Shown: positions 49,568 through 59,989 of the stretch, piece after piece
Layout of the letters: each line of letters opens with the position of its first letter
Position numbering within the stretch: the first letter of the stretch is position 1
DNA from: a virus
Lineage: Duplodnaviria > Heunggongvirae > Uroviricota > Caudoviricetes
DNA length: 64,000 bases
Reading direction: 5' to 3' (one strand)
IMG/VR virus record: IMGVR_UViG_3300013902_000001
Coordinates: 20,000-83,999 of that record
Notes under the pieces: model-generated
Databases searched by the model: none
Told to the model about the DNA's origin: nothing
The model's input: only the letters and a program-made list of their open reading frames with translations
Program-made: the position numbers and the translations under genes

Positions 49568-50557
49568 TCACTTAATCACAATCCAATCTTCCTTCGGACT
49601 ACCGAGCTGAACCCAAATAGTTCCATTAGAAGCGTATTCTTCTTCACCGAGTTGGTAAACGTGGCCTTTGTTGGAAGGTAAGGCCTACACGGCATTACCA
49701 GTTCCAGAAGCTTGAGTAACACCTGTAAGTTTTGTTGCTTCTGTAAAGAAATAAACATCATGCGTTTCTGCCTTTCCTGACTATGTTGTCAATGGAGTAG
49801 TAGAATCTGACGTTTCATATACATCACTGCCATTTACCCAAATATCCTTCCCATCGAGACTTAGATACTAAGTTCGATCGTTTACAACTGTGCCAGTTTC
49901 GTAATAGTTCTCGGAGTTATATATTAAAATATTAGCTTTACTCGAGCTGAGAGTATACGTCATACTACCGTTTTGGAAAGGATCTCTAAGCCAGTATCCA
50001 GTGGTAGGTTGTGTTTTAGCAGAAGCATCTGCCCAAAACATATATGTATCACCTTCCACGTCAACACGATAGGTCCAAACTTTATAGGTAACATTGCTTA
50101 AAGTTGGATTTCCAATCGTCAACGTACAATGATCAGCATCAATTGCTGAAGCTACGCCTTGAAAAGAGAACAAATCCTTTTTATTAGTCTCTAAGTCGGT
50201 CTGAGAGGGGATTTTGGTCCAATAAGTGTTGACCTTGGATACAACAGTATCAGAATTATCTGCGTATGTTGATTTTAAATCCTGAGTCTCCTTGTCTAGT
50301 ATGTCGGTTTTCGAATAGAAATCTCTTTTCCTTGTGGAATCATTATACCCTTTAAAAACATATATTTCCTGAGTTGATAATACACAACAAATTAATCCTG
50401 GATAAATGAAATCGTATTTTGTCCAAGTATCTATTGTTACAAGACTAACTCTATTATAAACAACAACCCGATTATCCAAAGGTACGTTTGTTGTAAATAT
50501 AAAAGGAACACCCTATGTTTTTCCACTAGTTGCTGTTAAACCTATACTTGCTGCCAT
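49568..50557 (-). CDS. Virion/fibre-associated protein, 329 aa (code 15)
   Basis: ATG 50557, VPLDNRVVV N-terminal motif, C-terminal GHVYQLGEEEYASNGTIWVQLG, TGA at 49568. Confidence 0.65.
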
Positions 50558-50558
50558 A

Positions 50559-52424
50559 TTATCTAAAGTTAAAAGTTACCGTTGCTGCAGAAGAAAATCC
50601 TAGCCCCTGTTTACAATAAACATAAATCTTATAATCTAACTTACTACCATCCGCTAAAGTAACAAATTTGGATAACTATTTGGAAATAACCTCATTAGCA
50701 CTTATATCAAAGTTACCATTCTCATCGCTAGTAAGACTGTTTGAAATGCTGGTTAACGTCCACGTAGCCGGAACAATCCAGTATACAGAACCCTGACTAC
50801 TTCCTTCTGCATATGGTTTGGTGACATCAGACGGGTATGTAAAACTCTTGTTATCATCTACGTAATTTACAACAGTTTCGTTAGTCTTCGTAGTAAAACC
50901 ATTAATAAACTAGGCCCACGTAGCCTACTAATCTACCGCATAACCAGTTCCTTTGTAACCATAATAAGTAGGAATATAAAATTTAACGTTGGTTGATTTA
51001 TCCGTAGCGGTTACTGTGGCAGTTCTCGTATATACAGATGTTGCAAGACTCTTATCGAAATATGCTTTTTGTTTATCTTCCTCCTTCAACTCAGACCAAG
51101 TACTCTTTTTATTATTCGAGTATTCGACTTCGTATGAAAATTTTGGAGCAGTAACAGATGCTGAGGAAGCTATCTCATGATTATTCTTATCGTAAAGAGT
51201 ACGACCCCACGTATTTCCGTTGCTATTATCAAGAGTAAATGTATAGGTTCCAGGAGTAGCATTAGAATATTTAGCATAGACACTTAGAGTTGTATCAGCA
51301 TCGTCTTTCGCTTTTGTAGCAGTACTTGGTTGTGCATTAGAAATACCCTCCATCTAAGTATTATCTATTTTTAATGTGCTGGTGCATTGACCCTTTGTAA
51401 CCTCAGTGTCATTAGTAAAATGTAAAGATACTGTCCCAGCAATTATTGTAGTTTCTAAAGCAGATTTGTCAGATTTCTTACGAAGATTGTAGGTTGTTGT
51501 AATCTTTTTAGGCACAATATCAAATGTCTCTTCATCTCCATTACACGTAGTCGCGGTTCCATATTGACCTTTAACGTACACAGTTGTTCCTGCTAACAAC
51601 GGTTGATTATACAATGTTGTTAAGCCGATGTCAGTATAAACATCAATAATTGCACAATTTGACCCACCATCCGATGCAGTAAACGATTTGATAGGTAGAT
51701 AAGCCTCGGATGCAGAGGCACTACCGGCTTGTTCTTTAATCAAAACTCCATCCAACAACGCCTTTAAACTATATCCTCCTGCTTTGTTTAGTTCCTCTTG
51801 TGTCATTGCATTTATTGCAACCAAAGTATCTACAGGTACTGATTTTTTTGTGTTCATCAATCCCCATACTTCAGTAATTTGTTGTCCGTCTTTCAACCAC
51901 ACATTCTCTGCATTAACACTTCCGGCTAAGGCTTCCCAGCGACCTTTGCTATAAACATAACCAGAAGATTCTAAAGCCTTAGCCTCTGTATTACGTTTCT
52001 CAACGTAAATATCTCCTTCTTTAAACTTAGCTCCGATAGCTACACATTTAGTAGTATCAATAATAGTTTTTCCGGAAGTATCCGTTGTAGTCGACCATTC
52101 ATCCTTAAAGAAGTAAAGGTTATTTGCGGAGTCATATCCTGTAGTCGTCGTTGGTAACGTACCATTTGAGCTTACCTGATAAGTCCCCACATAAACTGTT
52201 CCTCCACCACCTCCTCCGACGGAGTAGGAGGTGCCATTTGCCCAGATTTCCTATTTCTTTTCACCACCTTCGGTATAAGTTCCAAAGATAATAGCCCCAG
52301 GGTAATCATTTAAGGTTCTATCTAACTTCGACTTATATCCTTCAATCTTATCTCCATCCTCTGGAGTAATATCGTTATATTGGAGCGTTTCACTACCAAT
52401 CTATATAAATTTAACTTTTGACAT
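50559..52424 (-). CDS. Virion/fibre-associated protein, 621 aa (code 15)
   Basis: ATG 52424; joins fragments 51354-52190 and 50928-51353; contains GDIYV..GYVYSKGRWEAL..VNAENV. Confidence 0.65.
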
Positions 52425-52425
52425 A

Positions 52426-53037
52426 TTATTTTAAGTCTTTTTCAGTTATCCAAGTTAATCGATTTTCTATATATTCTCTTATATTTCCTACTCTAGCAAC
52501 GGCTCGTTCATTAGGGCTATTTTCATCAGGCAGATTTTCCTACTTTCGCATATCTACTTCAGTAAGTGTTCCTACCTAAGGCTACCATTCGATATGGTCG
52601 TCAAAACTAGCGTCTATCTTTAAAACGTCTGGATCAGTTGATCTAAGGTCTCCCCACTTCTCCAGAAGTGCATAAATATGGATTAGAGCCTTACAGATCA
52701 CTTTCATTAAATGATCGAAGTCTTGCTTAGTATAGTTCTACGGGTTAGTATCAAATCTGATAACTAACTCAGTTAATTCTTTTTTTAATTCGTTTAGTTT
52801 CTATATTCCGGGATAATTATCTGGAAATAGATTATTAACACAACTTTGAAATTTATCATCTCCAATAATCTCCCACATCCCTTTAAGGGCTTCCATCTTT
52901 TTTAAGATATCCCTATTCTAAGGATTATCCGCACAAAGGGATCTCTAAGTCGGATGACCTCTAGTTACAGGAACTTCCGTCTAAGAAGGGATTTTTTTAA
53001 TTTGACTAATGTCAACTATTTTATAATTTGAAGCCAT
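52426..53037 (-). CDS. Hypothetical protein, 203 aa, TAG-rich; missed by the ORF track
   Basis: Read by hand from ATG 53037 to TAA 52426 with only TAG interruptions. Confidence 0.65.
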
Positions 53038-53701
53038 TATTACGATTTTTTAAATCAAGTAATGTCGAAATCTTCTACACTTTCTTAAATAATTCTTTCT
53101 AGACTTTTCTCTATCTGACTCCAATAGGATTTTTAAAAGCTAACATTAAAAATCCCACCTCATCGTCAACTCCCTCGATACTACAGAACACAGCTTCAGT
53201 CAGTTCGTCTTCACTTAGTTCTCGATATAACCTAGGAAAAGAAGCTTCTAATTCTTTAATATCCTTTACGTGGTAAATATCGTTAATATCGATTTCTCTA
53301 ATAAACTCAGGGACAGAAGAAACTAAAATATCGTCAAAGTCTTTACTAAGATCGTCTACTCCGAGATTATTACGAGCAGCCGCTAATGAGAAGTGAAGGA
53401 AAGGCATTCCAGTAAGATTATATCCTCCATTATGGTATTCAAATAACGCTACTCTATCCGCCCAAGTCTTGTGCATTAATTCCGTTAGGATTCTCCCAAC
53501 TTTAAAAACGCTGTCTTTTCTAATCTTACGAGCGTTACTCGGTAAATGAAACTTTCCATTAGCAGCGTTTTTGGCCACGTAATCTAAAAACTTACTGGCA
53601 AATTTAATCACCAGGATCGATAAAACGATTATAATGGCACCTGGGATACCATAAACATCTAAAAATTGTAGTAATAACTAACCTATCTCGGCTATATCCA
53701 T
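53021..53701 (-). CDS. Membrane-anchored protein (holin-like N-terminal helix plus soluble domain), 226 aa (code 15)
   Basis: MDIAEIG[TAG]LLLQFLDVYGIPGAIIIVLSILVIKFA..ADRVALFEYHNGG; TAA at 53021. Confidence 0.6.
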
Positions 53702-53750
53702 CTATTTAAGGTTTAATGATTTTTTATTCGGTTCCTATTAATCCATATTA

Positions 53751-53758
53751 CAAAATTA
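53751..53758 (-). promoter_or_regulatory. Bacteroidota-type -7 promoter element
   Basis: TAATTTTG, intergenic, 50 nt upstream of ATG 53701. Confidence 0.55.
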
Positions 53759-53883
53759 CTATTTATCGGCAATCTAATAAACAGCAAATCGGTTTTTCTA
53801 AGATATCGAACTGAAGTTTATCTGACTTAAATTTAAAAGCCTATAATAGAAGAAATATCCGAGAAAATCCTGTAAAACTAAGA

Positions 53884-54663
53884 TTAGTCGAGGATTATAG
53901 GTTTAAATTCCCTGAGCTGCTCTTCAACTTTTTCCCGCTTAAAAGTTCCAATTTCTATCTGTAGCAAAACGTCCAATCCAAACTGGTTAAGTTTATAAGA
54001 TGGGGTGAGTGGCAAGAAAGTTTCCTCAAACCAATCCAATAGTTTGTGTAGCCTAATCCCCTCAAACATTCGCAATTCTGCAATTCGATGTTTTAATGGG
54101 TTATTTGTAATGATTATAGGGAAAAATTTGTCAGATAAGATTTTATGGGAAATAATCATTTCTTCTTCCAGCTCCGCAAGGTATTTTTTATAAGTATTAT
54201 TAGAAATATGTAACCGTGAGCAGATTTCTTTATCTGTGTAATTTATCGAGTTGTCTCCTTTATAAGCTAAGGTCGATAATGCTAACGCCAACCCCTTAGC
54301 TTCCGGAGATACGCTTCTAAGAAGAAAAAAGTCTGTGTCGATCAATTCATAATCACGGTCTGGAACAATAACCTCATAATTATAAGGTTCCCAAGCTTCA
54401 TCACTGGTGGATGGATTTCGAGTTATTTTTATCAAGCCTAAACTCTGTAATCGATCTAGCCGTTGTTTTACAACTCGACGTCCTTTTTCGGTAGTTTTAC
54501 CTTCTAAGCATTTGCAAAACCAATTTAGGCCGACAGATGTAATGATGTGATTTTTATACGAGTTTGCTTTATTACAAAGCAGCCCGTATAAAAAGATGTC
54601 TTCGAGTTTAAGAAATTTGCCTGATGGAAGTTGGGTTAGCATAGTTTTTGAAATTCTAATCAT
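53884..54663 (-). CDS. Winged-helix/RepL-like DNA-binding protein, 259 aa
   Basis: Two HTH-like segments (VVKQRLDRLQSLGLIKI; YTDKEICSRLHISNNTYKKYLAELEEE); no TAG. Confidence 0.5.
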   Translation of the reverse strand: MIRISKTMLTQLPSGKFLKLEDIFLYGLLCNKANSYKNHIITSVGLNWFCKCLEGKTTEKGRRVVKQRLDRLQSLGLIKITRNPSTSDEAWEPYNYEVIVPDRDYELIDTDFFLLRSVSPEAKGLALALSTLAYKGDNSINYTDKEICSRLHISNNTYKKYLAELEEEMIISHKILSDKFFPIIITNNPLKHRIAELRMFEGIRLHKLLDWFEETFLPLTPSYKLNQFGLDVLLQIEIGTFKREKVEEQLREFKPIILD

Positions 54664-54740
54664 TCTATTTTAGGTTCGTATCGGAGTGAGTCCGAAGGAA
54701 TTGCTCCTTCATTAGTTTGTTATCTTATAGTTTGTATATT

Positions 54741-54784
54741 AGTGGCCCTTTTTTGAAACTTTGTAGTTGCCCTTTTTTGAAACT
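54741..54784. repeat. 20-bp direct repeat pair (AGTkGCCCTTTTTTGAAACT), 24-bp period
   Basis: 54741-54760 and 54765-54784 differ at one position; intergenic. Confidence 0.8.
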
Positions 54785-54915
54785 ACGCTGTTTATAAAAA
54801 AATCTGGAAGTAGCTAGTTTCCAGATTTAGTTATACGATACCCAAAATATACATTATCTCACCAAAATTTTCATTAATAGGCCTCTCTATAGTACCTATT
54901 TTTTCATTTCGTCGA

Positions 54916-54923
54916 CAAAATTA
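54916..54923 (-). promoter_or_regulatory. Bacteroidota-type -7 promoter element
   Basis: TAATTTTG in the divergent intergenic region upstream of the wHTH gene. Confidence 0.45.
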
Positions 54924-55106
54924 CTCAAAACCCTATAAATAAAAAACTTACCCTTGATAAACTTATAAAATTAGAAATAAACCTGACTCCAGTTCATCTA
55001 CCATTACTTACTAACAGCTTTCTTTTAAATAACAAACCAAAATCCCATCTCCGTGCTTTTACCGATAGATACCTTAGAAATTATTTTTTAAGTGAGGTGA
55101 TTTTGG

Positions 55107-55114
55107 TAATTTTG
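55107..55114 (+). promoter_or_regulatory. Bacteroidota-type -7 promoter element for phoH
   Basis: TAATTTTG 20 nt upstream of ATG 55135. Confidence 0.5.
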
Positions 55115-55134
55115 TTTTATTAAATATTTTTTCT

Positions 55135-55842
55135 ATGGGAAAGTCGAAAAAGAAATCAGGAACCAAACAAACGTTAGAATACGTCGAAACTGAATTTAAA
55201 TGGCATGTTAAGCCTATAAAGTGTAGAACTGTTAAACAAAAAGAATTTATCAGAACTATAGACTCAAATATAGTCACTCTATGCTCAGGACCTGCAGGGA
55301 CTGCTAAAACTTACAGTGCAGTTTACGCTGCCTTAAAAGCCTTAGAAAAGAAGGAAGTAGAACAAATTATTTTAATCAAGCCTAATATAGATGTCGGTGG
55401 TTACGAATTAGGTCTGCTCCCAGGCACGTATGAGCAAAAACAGGATCCTTATCTCTATTCTTACTACGATCAGATAGACTAGATGATAGGAGAATCTGCA
55501 CGGGAACGGCTCATACAAGAAAATCTAATCAAGATTGTTCCGATTGCTCTATTACGAGGTAGAACTTTTCGAAACTCTTTTATCCTAGTAGATGAGGTGC
55601 AAAACTGTAATTATGAAGCATTTAAAACCGTAATTACACGCATTGGAGAAGGATCTAAATACGTCTTAATGGGAGATGTGGGTCAGATAGATTTTCGTAA
55701 AAAAGAATCTTCTCCGTTTCAACGAATATTAGATTTGTTTAAGGATGATACAGAAATCGGAACTTTTGAATTTGACGAAACCGACGTTATAAGACATCCT
55801 ATTATAACGCATATACTTAAAAAACTTAAAGAAATAGAATAA
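55135..55842 (+). CDS. phoH: PhoH-family ATPase, 235 aa (one TAG read through at 55480-55482)
   Basis: KCRTVKQKEF..SGPAGTAKT..LGLLPG..DPY..LLRGRTF..LVDEVQN..KTVITRIGEGSK..MGDVGQID..VIRHPII. Confidence 0.9.
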
Positions 55843-55924
55843 TCTCGAGATAGTTTACATTAAAAGCAAATTAAGTGATAGTAATCAAACGCTAGCGAGC
55901 TTTTCGCAGAAGTCTTTTAATATA

Positions 55925-55966
55925 AACAAAAAGAAGGAGGGCCCTAAAAGGACTCTCCTTTTTTGT
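55925..55966. terminator. Bidirectional terminator between convergent genes
   Basis: A run, then AAGGAGGGCC-CTAAAA-GGACTCTCCTT, then a T run. Confidence 0.7.
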
Positions 55967-56379
55967 TATATCTTAGCTCTACAATGGTCACATAGAAAAT
56001 TTTTAGCAGCGTCAAACATCTCAGTAACAATATCGCCTTCTAAATAAGGTAACTCCTCCGAGTATAGATCGATATTATAATACTCTCCTATATGGACTGC
56101 AGCGTGTCCCACTTCATGGACTAACGTGTTCATAAACTGTTTCGGACAATCTGTTAAGCCTATAATAATAAAAGTAACGTGTTTCTTCTAATCGCTATAA
56201 GTAAAACCAGTGTTATACTCAAAATTTTCCAACATTTCCTACGCTCGATAAAATGGTTCTGGAGGACAATTAATCGACTCTAATTCCCCTAAAATTTCAT
56301 CCGTGTAATAAGTATCCACAGCGTAGTAAACTTTTATAAGCCAATCGTAGTTATCTAAATATATAGCCTGGGTAATCAT
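55966..56379 (-). CDS. HExxH (zincin-like) protein, 137 aa (code 15); missed by the ORF track
   Basis: ..QFMNTLVHEVGHAAVHI..EELPYLEG; two TAGs; ATGA overlap with the upstream gene. Confidence 0.7.
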
Positions 56380-56780
56380 ACCATATCAGACCATTCAATA
56401 CCGACTCCAGAACCAATACAGTCAGCATAAAATCTCGTAAAAGGCATACCGTCATAGGCATCTGGATCGTCTATAACGTCTTTTACATACGATATCAAGT
56501 GAGCCTCGTCTGGTATAGAACTTCCTAAGAAATCAGCTTTACACATATTAGCAATATAAACTGCATCATAGTTAATATCAAACTTCAGATTATAGTTTTT
56601 TGCTAACGTCTCTACATCATCTTTTGTATAGGGTGCTATATACTATTTCTTACCGTTCTACATCTTATACATTCGAGAACATGCCCACTGACACATTTTC
56701 TTATTAAAGTGCCATCCATTAAATTCTAGATAATTCTCCATATCTTCAGGATAGGCACTTCTCGAATCGAGCCTGTTCAT
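56376..56780 (-). CDS. Conserved hypothetical protein, 134 aa (code 15); missed by the ORF track
   Basis: MNRLDSR..YLEFNGWHFNKKMC[TAG]WACSRM..YIANMCKADFLGSSIPDE..DDPDAYDGMPFTRFYADC. Confidence 0.75.
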
Positions 56781-56781
56781 A

Positions 56782-56958
56782 TTAATAGCGTCCTCTACGT
56801 TCACCATACGAACTGCGCATCTCTTTCATGGCTTTCTCATAGCCATCTTCAAAGCCGCATTCGTAAGCTTTTTCTGTTTCATCTTCATTATGACGCATTC
56901 CCATACGTCCGTAGCCGCCGCGCTCATCTCTTTCTCGAATTTCCCACATTCTATTCAT
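56782..56958 (-). CDS. Small charged protein, 58 aa
   Basis: MNRMWEIRE..KAYECGFEDGYEKAMKEM..GERRGRY-TAA. Confidence 0.7.
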   Translation of the reverse strand: MNRMWEIRERDERGGYGRMGMRHNEDETEKAYECGFEDGYEKAMKEMRSSYGERRGRY

Positions 56959-57472
56959 CGTTATTTTCCTTTCCTGTTAAAGTTTTTATCATTTCCGTCA
57001 AAGCAGCTAGGCTGGTTGATACTTCACTCATTTGGGTTTTTAAAGTGCTAATCTCATCTTGTTGCTGTTTTTTCTCAGCATATTCTGGATTAAGGCTATT
57101 TAAAATATCATCACACCCCGCAATGACTTTTTTGTGAAAATCTACACTATTAATAGTATCAACACTTTTCTGTTTATAAGAAAGTATTTCAGCATTCATA
57201 GCTTCCCTACTATCAGTAATAACGATAGATTCTCCATTAGAAAAAGAGTCTGCTATATCTAAATTAGCTGGCAAACCATTGTAATTGACTATCTGGTTAT
57301 TGACCTTAACCGTTAAATCTACTACCATTTCTTGAGCCTATCCAAAAGTTGGAGGGACTGCATACTTTGGTTTAGCGACTGGAATATTTGTCACGGTTCC
57401 TATTTCTAAGCTAGGTGTGTTGTTTTTATGAAATATATAAACCTAGCTGTTTTGACGTAATGATTGAAACAT
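56924..57472 (-). CDS. Conserved hypothetical coiled-coil protein, about 182 aa (code 15)
   Basis: MFQSLRQNS[TAG]VYIFHK..VVDLTVKVNNQ..LNPEYAEKKQQQDEI; TAG at 56951, then TGA at 56924. Confidence 0.7.
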
Positions 57473-57477
57473 AGTTA

Positions 57478-57804
57478 TTAAATTAAAGTTACACGGTTAT
57501 TATCCAAATCGTAGAAGCAAAGAAATACAGAACCACCTGTAGTTACTATATTAGCAGCAGTTGCTTGAGCTCCAGACGATAAATAAACTGGAACGGTTGA
57601 TCCCGAAACACCAGTAGTTGTAAAATACAAAGGTTCAGTGCTAGTCGTTACCGTCTGAGGAATCTTGACCCAGAAACCTCCGAAAAAGTTACGACTTCCA
57701 TTATGAGCATTGAAACTAACAGTAGTATTAGTTCCGTCTGATGTTACTGAGGTAGCTTCTATATTAGGAAAACCGTTCCTATTAGAAAATTTTAAAAGTG
57801 CCAT
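57478..57804 (-). CDS. Small beta-rich protein, 108 aa
   Basis: ATG 57804 preceded by AAAGGAGG; in frame with track ORF 57478-57828. Confidence 0.7.
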   Translation of the reverse strand: MALLKFSNRNGFPNIEATSVTSDGTNTTVSFNAHNGSRNFFGGFWVKIPQTVTTSTEPLYFTTTGVSGSTVPVYLSSGAQATAANIVTTGGSVFLCFYDLDNNRVTLI

Positions 57805-57818
57805 AGAAGCCTCCTTTC

Positions 57819-58682
57819 TTAAGACCAAATGGAATTATTACCAGTCCCGTAGAAGTTATATCCGTAAAGATAACTGGAAGGAACTGCAGTTAACTGAGGA
57901 TAAGGAATGCTGACGGTATTAGGCTGAGCAGCTTTTATAGCAGCAACATCTTGAGCTATTGGATTAACCACATTAGCAACGTAACTCTGGATAGCCAAAG
58001 TTTGATTAGTATTAGAAATCTGATTCATAAGACTAGAACGCTCCTCGCGAAGTGCATCAATGCGGTTTTGTAATTCACGTTTCTCCAAATCACAGAACTT
58101 ATCACTTAAGAAAGTCGTTTGCTGATCAATCTTACCACCTAAGGTGTTAGTTTGATTCATCATAGCAATACGATTCTCATAACCTTGCTGAGTAGTCAAA
58201 AGACGATTTTCGCAGCAGCACTAAGCCAACTGACTAGCTAAGTTAGCATCACCAGCCTGGATAGCGTTTATAATTTGCTGACCACTCATACCAACCTGAT
58301 TACTAATACCACAGATACCTTGATTAATAGTATTCAAAGTGCCTTGTAAAGCATTTACATCACAGTTCAAAGTAGAAGCTAATTGACTAATAGCAGTAGT
58401 ATTCCCATTAACAGCCTGCATAATCATATCACGACCAGTGTCGCCATTAAGAGCTGCTAAGATAGCGTTCGTGTCTTGTCCACCACGATTACCGAAACCG
58501 TTCTGTCCCCACAGAACTGCGAGAATGATTATAATCCACCAGGCTCCCATACCACCATTCATACCACCGTTCATAGCGGCCATCATAGGACCCATATTGT
58601 TGTTAGCTAAAGCGGAAGCAATAGCTGCCATGGAGTTACCTCCATCATTCCCAAAAACGTAAGTTTTAGATTCTTCACTCAT
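57819..58682 (-). CDS. Gly/Asn-rich protein with hydrophobic segment and CCC motif, 287 aa (code 15)
   Basis: Fragments 58221-58682 and 57819-58199 join as SQLA[TAG]CCCENRLLTTQQGYE. Confidence 0.8.
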
Positions 58683-58737
58683 TTTAGTAAAAATTTAAAA
58701 AGTTTATAAATCGAGATCCCGTTTTGTAATTACAACG

Positions 58738-58745
58738 CAAATTTA
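58738..58745 (-). promoter_or_regulatory. Bacteroidota-type -7 promoter element
   Basis: TAAATTTG(CG), intergenic, about 55 nt upstream of ATG 58682. Confidence 0.5.
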
Positions 58746-58828
58746 ATACTTATATAATAAATTACTAAACATTACCTGCAAAAACTTTTAAAAATCTTAC
58801 TAAAAGAAAAACTCCCACACCGTCACTA

Positions 58829-58870
58829 TAAAAAGAAAATCCCCAGACACAAGATAGTGCCTAGGGATTT
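58829..58870 (-). terminator. Rho-independent terminator
   Basis: AAATCCCTAGGCAC-TATCTT-GTGTCTGGGGATTT followed by TCTTTT. Confidence 0.65.
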
Positions 58871-58912
58871 AAACTCGGATTTAATTCAGTATTTAGAAAT
58901 TACAGTCACACA

Positions 58913-59989
58913 TCAATTAGTGCTGTCATTTTTAGTAAATAATATTTTTATATAACTATTCTATCCAGGCATTTCGAACTCACCAGTATATATGTTATTA
59001 TCACCTTTTGTTAAATCATAGGGGACACCTTGTAACTCAGCATCAGCAATTGTTATCTGAAACTAATATGGGGTATATTCTTGGATTGAAAACTCAAAGG
59101 AAACTGTGATTTTAGATTTATAAGTGAAATTATATGCAGATTTATACGTTGGATTGCCTTTAACGGTGTGAATATATATCGATTCATCCTCATCATTAGA
59201 CACATTTAAATTAAATTCCCCCAACTTTACCATATTGTTTACCGAAATCACATCTTGATTAGTGGTGTCTAAAAATACCTGAGTGCTGTCTAGTGCTAAA
59301 TTATATTTCTTCGGCACTAACTCAGCCTAATAATACTCATTAAACTCGGTAACTTCTTTTGGAAATGTAACAACTTCTTTTAAGTCCTCATCTACTACAT
59401 ATGTATCTCCAACAAGCTCGTAATGAGCTTTAACTTTGTTCCAGTCTCCAAATGTATAGTGCGTTATTTCAACATCACTTGTTTTAATAGCCTCGATTTG
59501 AGTTCCTATTTCTTGAACTGTTACTTCCTTATATTTATTAGCGCCATCTTCATTTTTATAAATAAAAACGACTTTCGGAGGGCCAGAACTACCATTTCTT
59601 CGAATATAGTAACTTTTGGTTTTATCAAACTAGTAATTAATATCTGTGCCTGTCTCTGAGTCATGTTTAGTATATCCGTTAGAAAGTTTAAACTCGTTTC
59701 CTTCTACAAAAGAATTGCCAATAGAGCAAATACTTTTACCTTCTGGATCAGACTTGGTTTTATCCAAATAGTGGACTTCGATTTCACTAGTTCCGCCTTT
59801 ATTATCCCTGTGAATACCATCGAAAACTAACGGTTTATCCCATACTTCTGATAAAGGATACTCTTTTCCTTCTTCTGGAGAAGTGTCATCAGAAAACTTA
59901 GTATAACTCCATTCAAAACCATCATCTCCCTATTGAGTAGAATGCCCAAAAACTACCACCGGATTACCGTAATAATACTTCTTTTTCAT
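58913..59989 (-). CDS. Hypothetical virion-module protein, 358 aa (code 15)
   Basis: ATG 59989 (ATGA overlap) to TGA 58913; includes track ORF 59063-59317. Confidence 0.6.

Noticed and set aside
35517-52424. Diversity-generating retroelement or invertible fibre cassettes
   Set aside because: A lectin-like domain is present, but I found no reverse transcriptase, no template/variable repeat pair with A-specific mismatches, no recombinase and no strand switches in the window.
54700-55100. CRISPR mini-array
   Set aside because: There are only two 20-bp repeats separated by 4 bp, with no spacer-length intervals.
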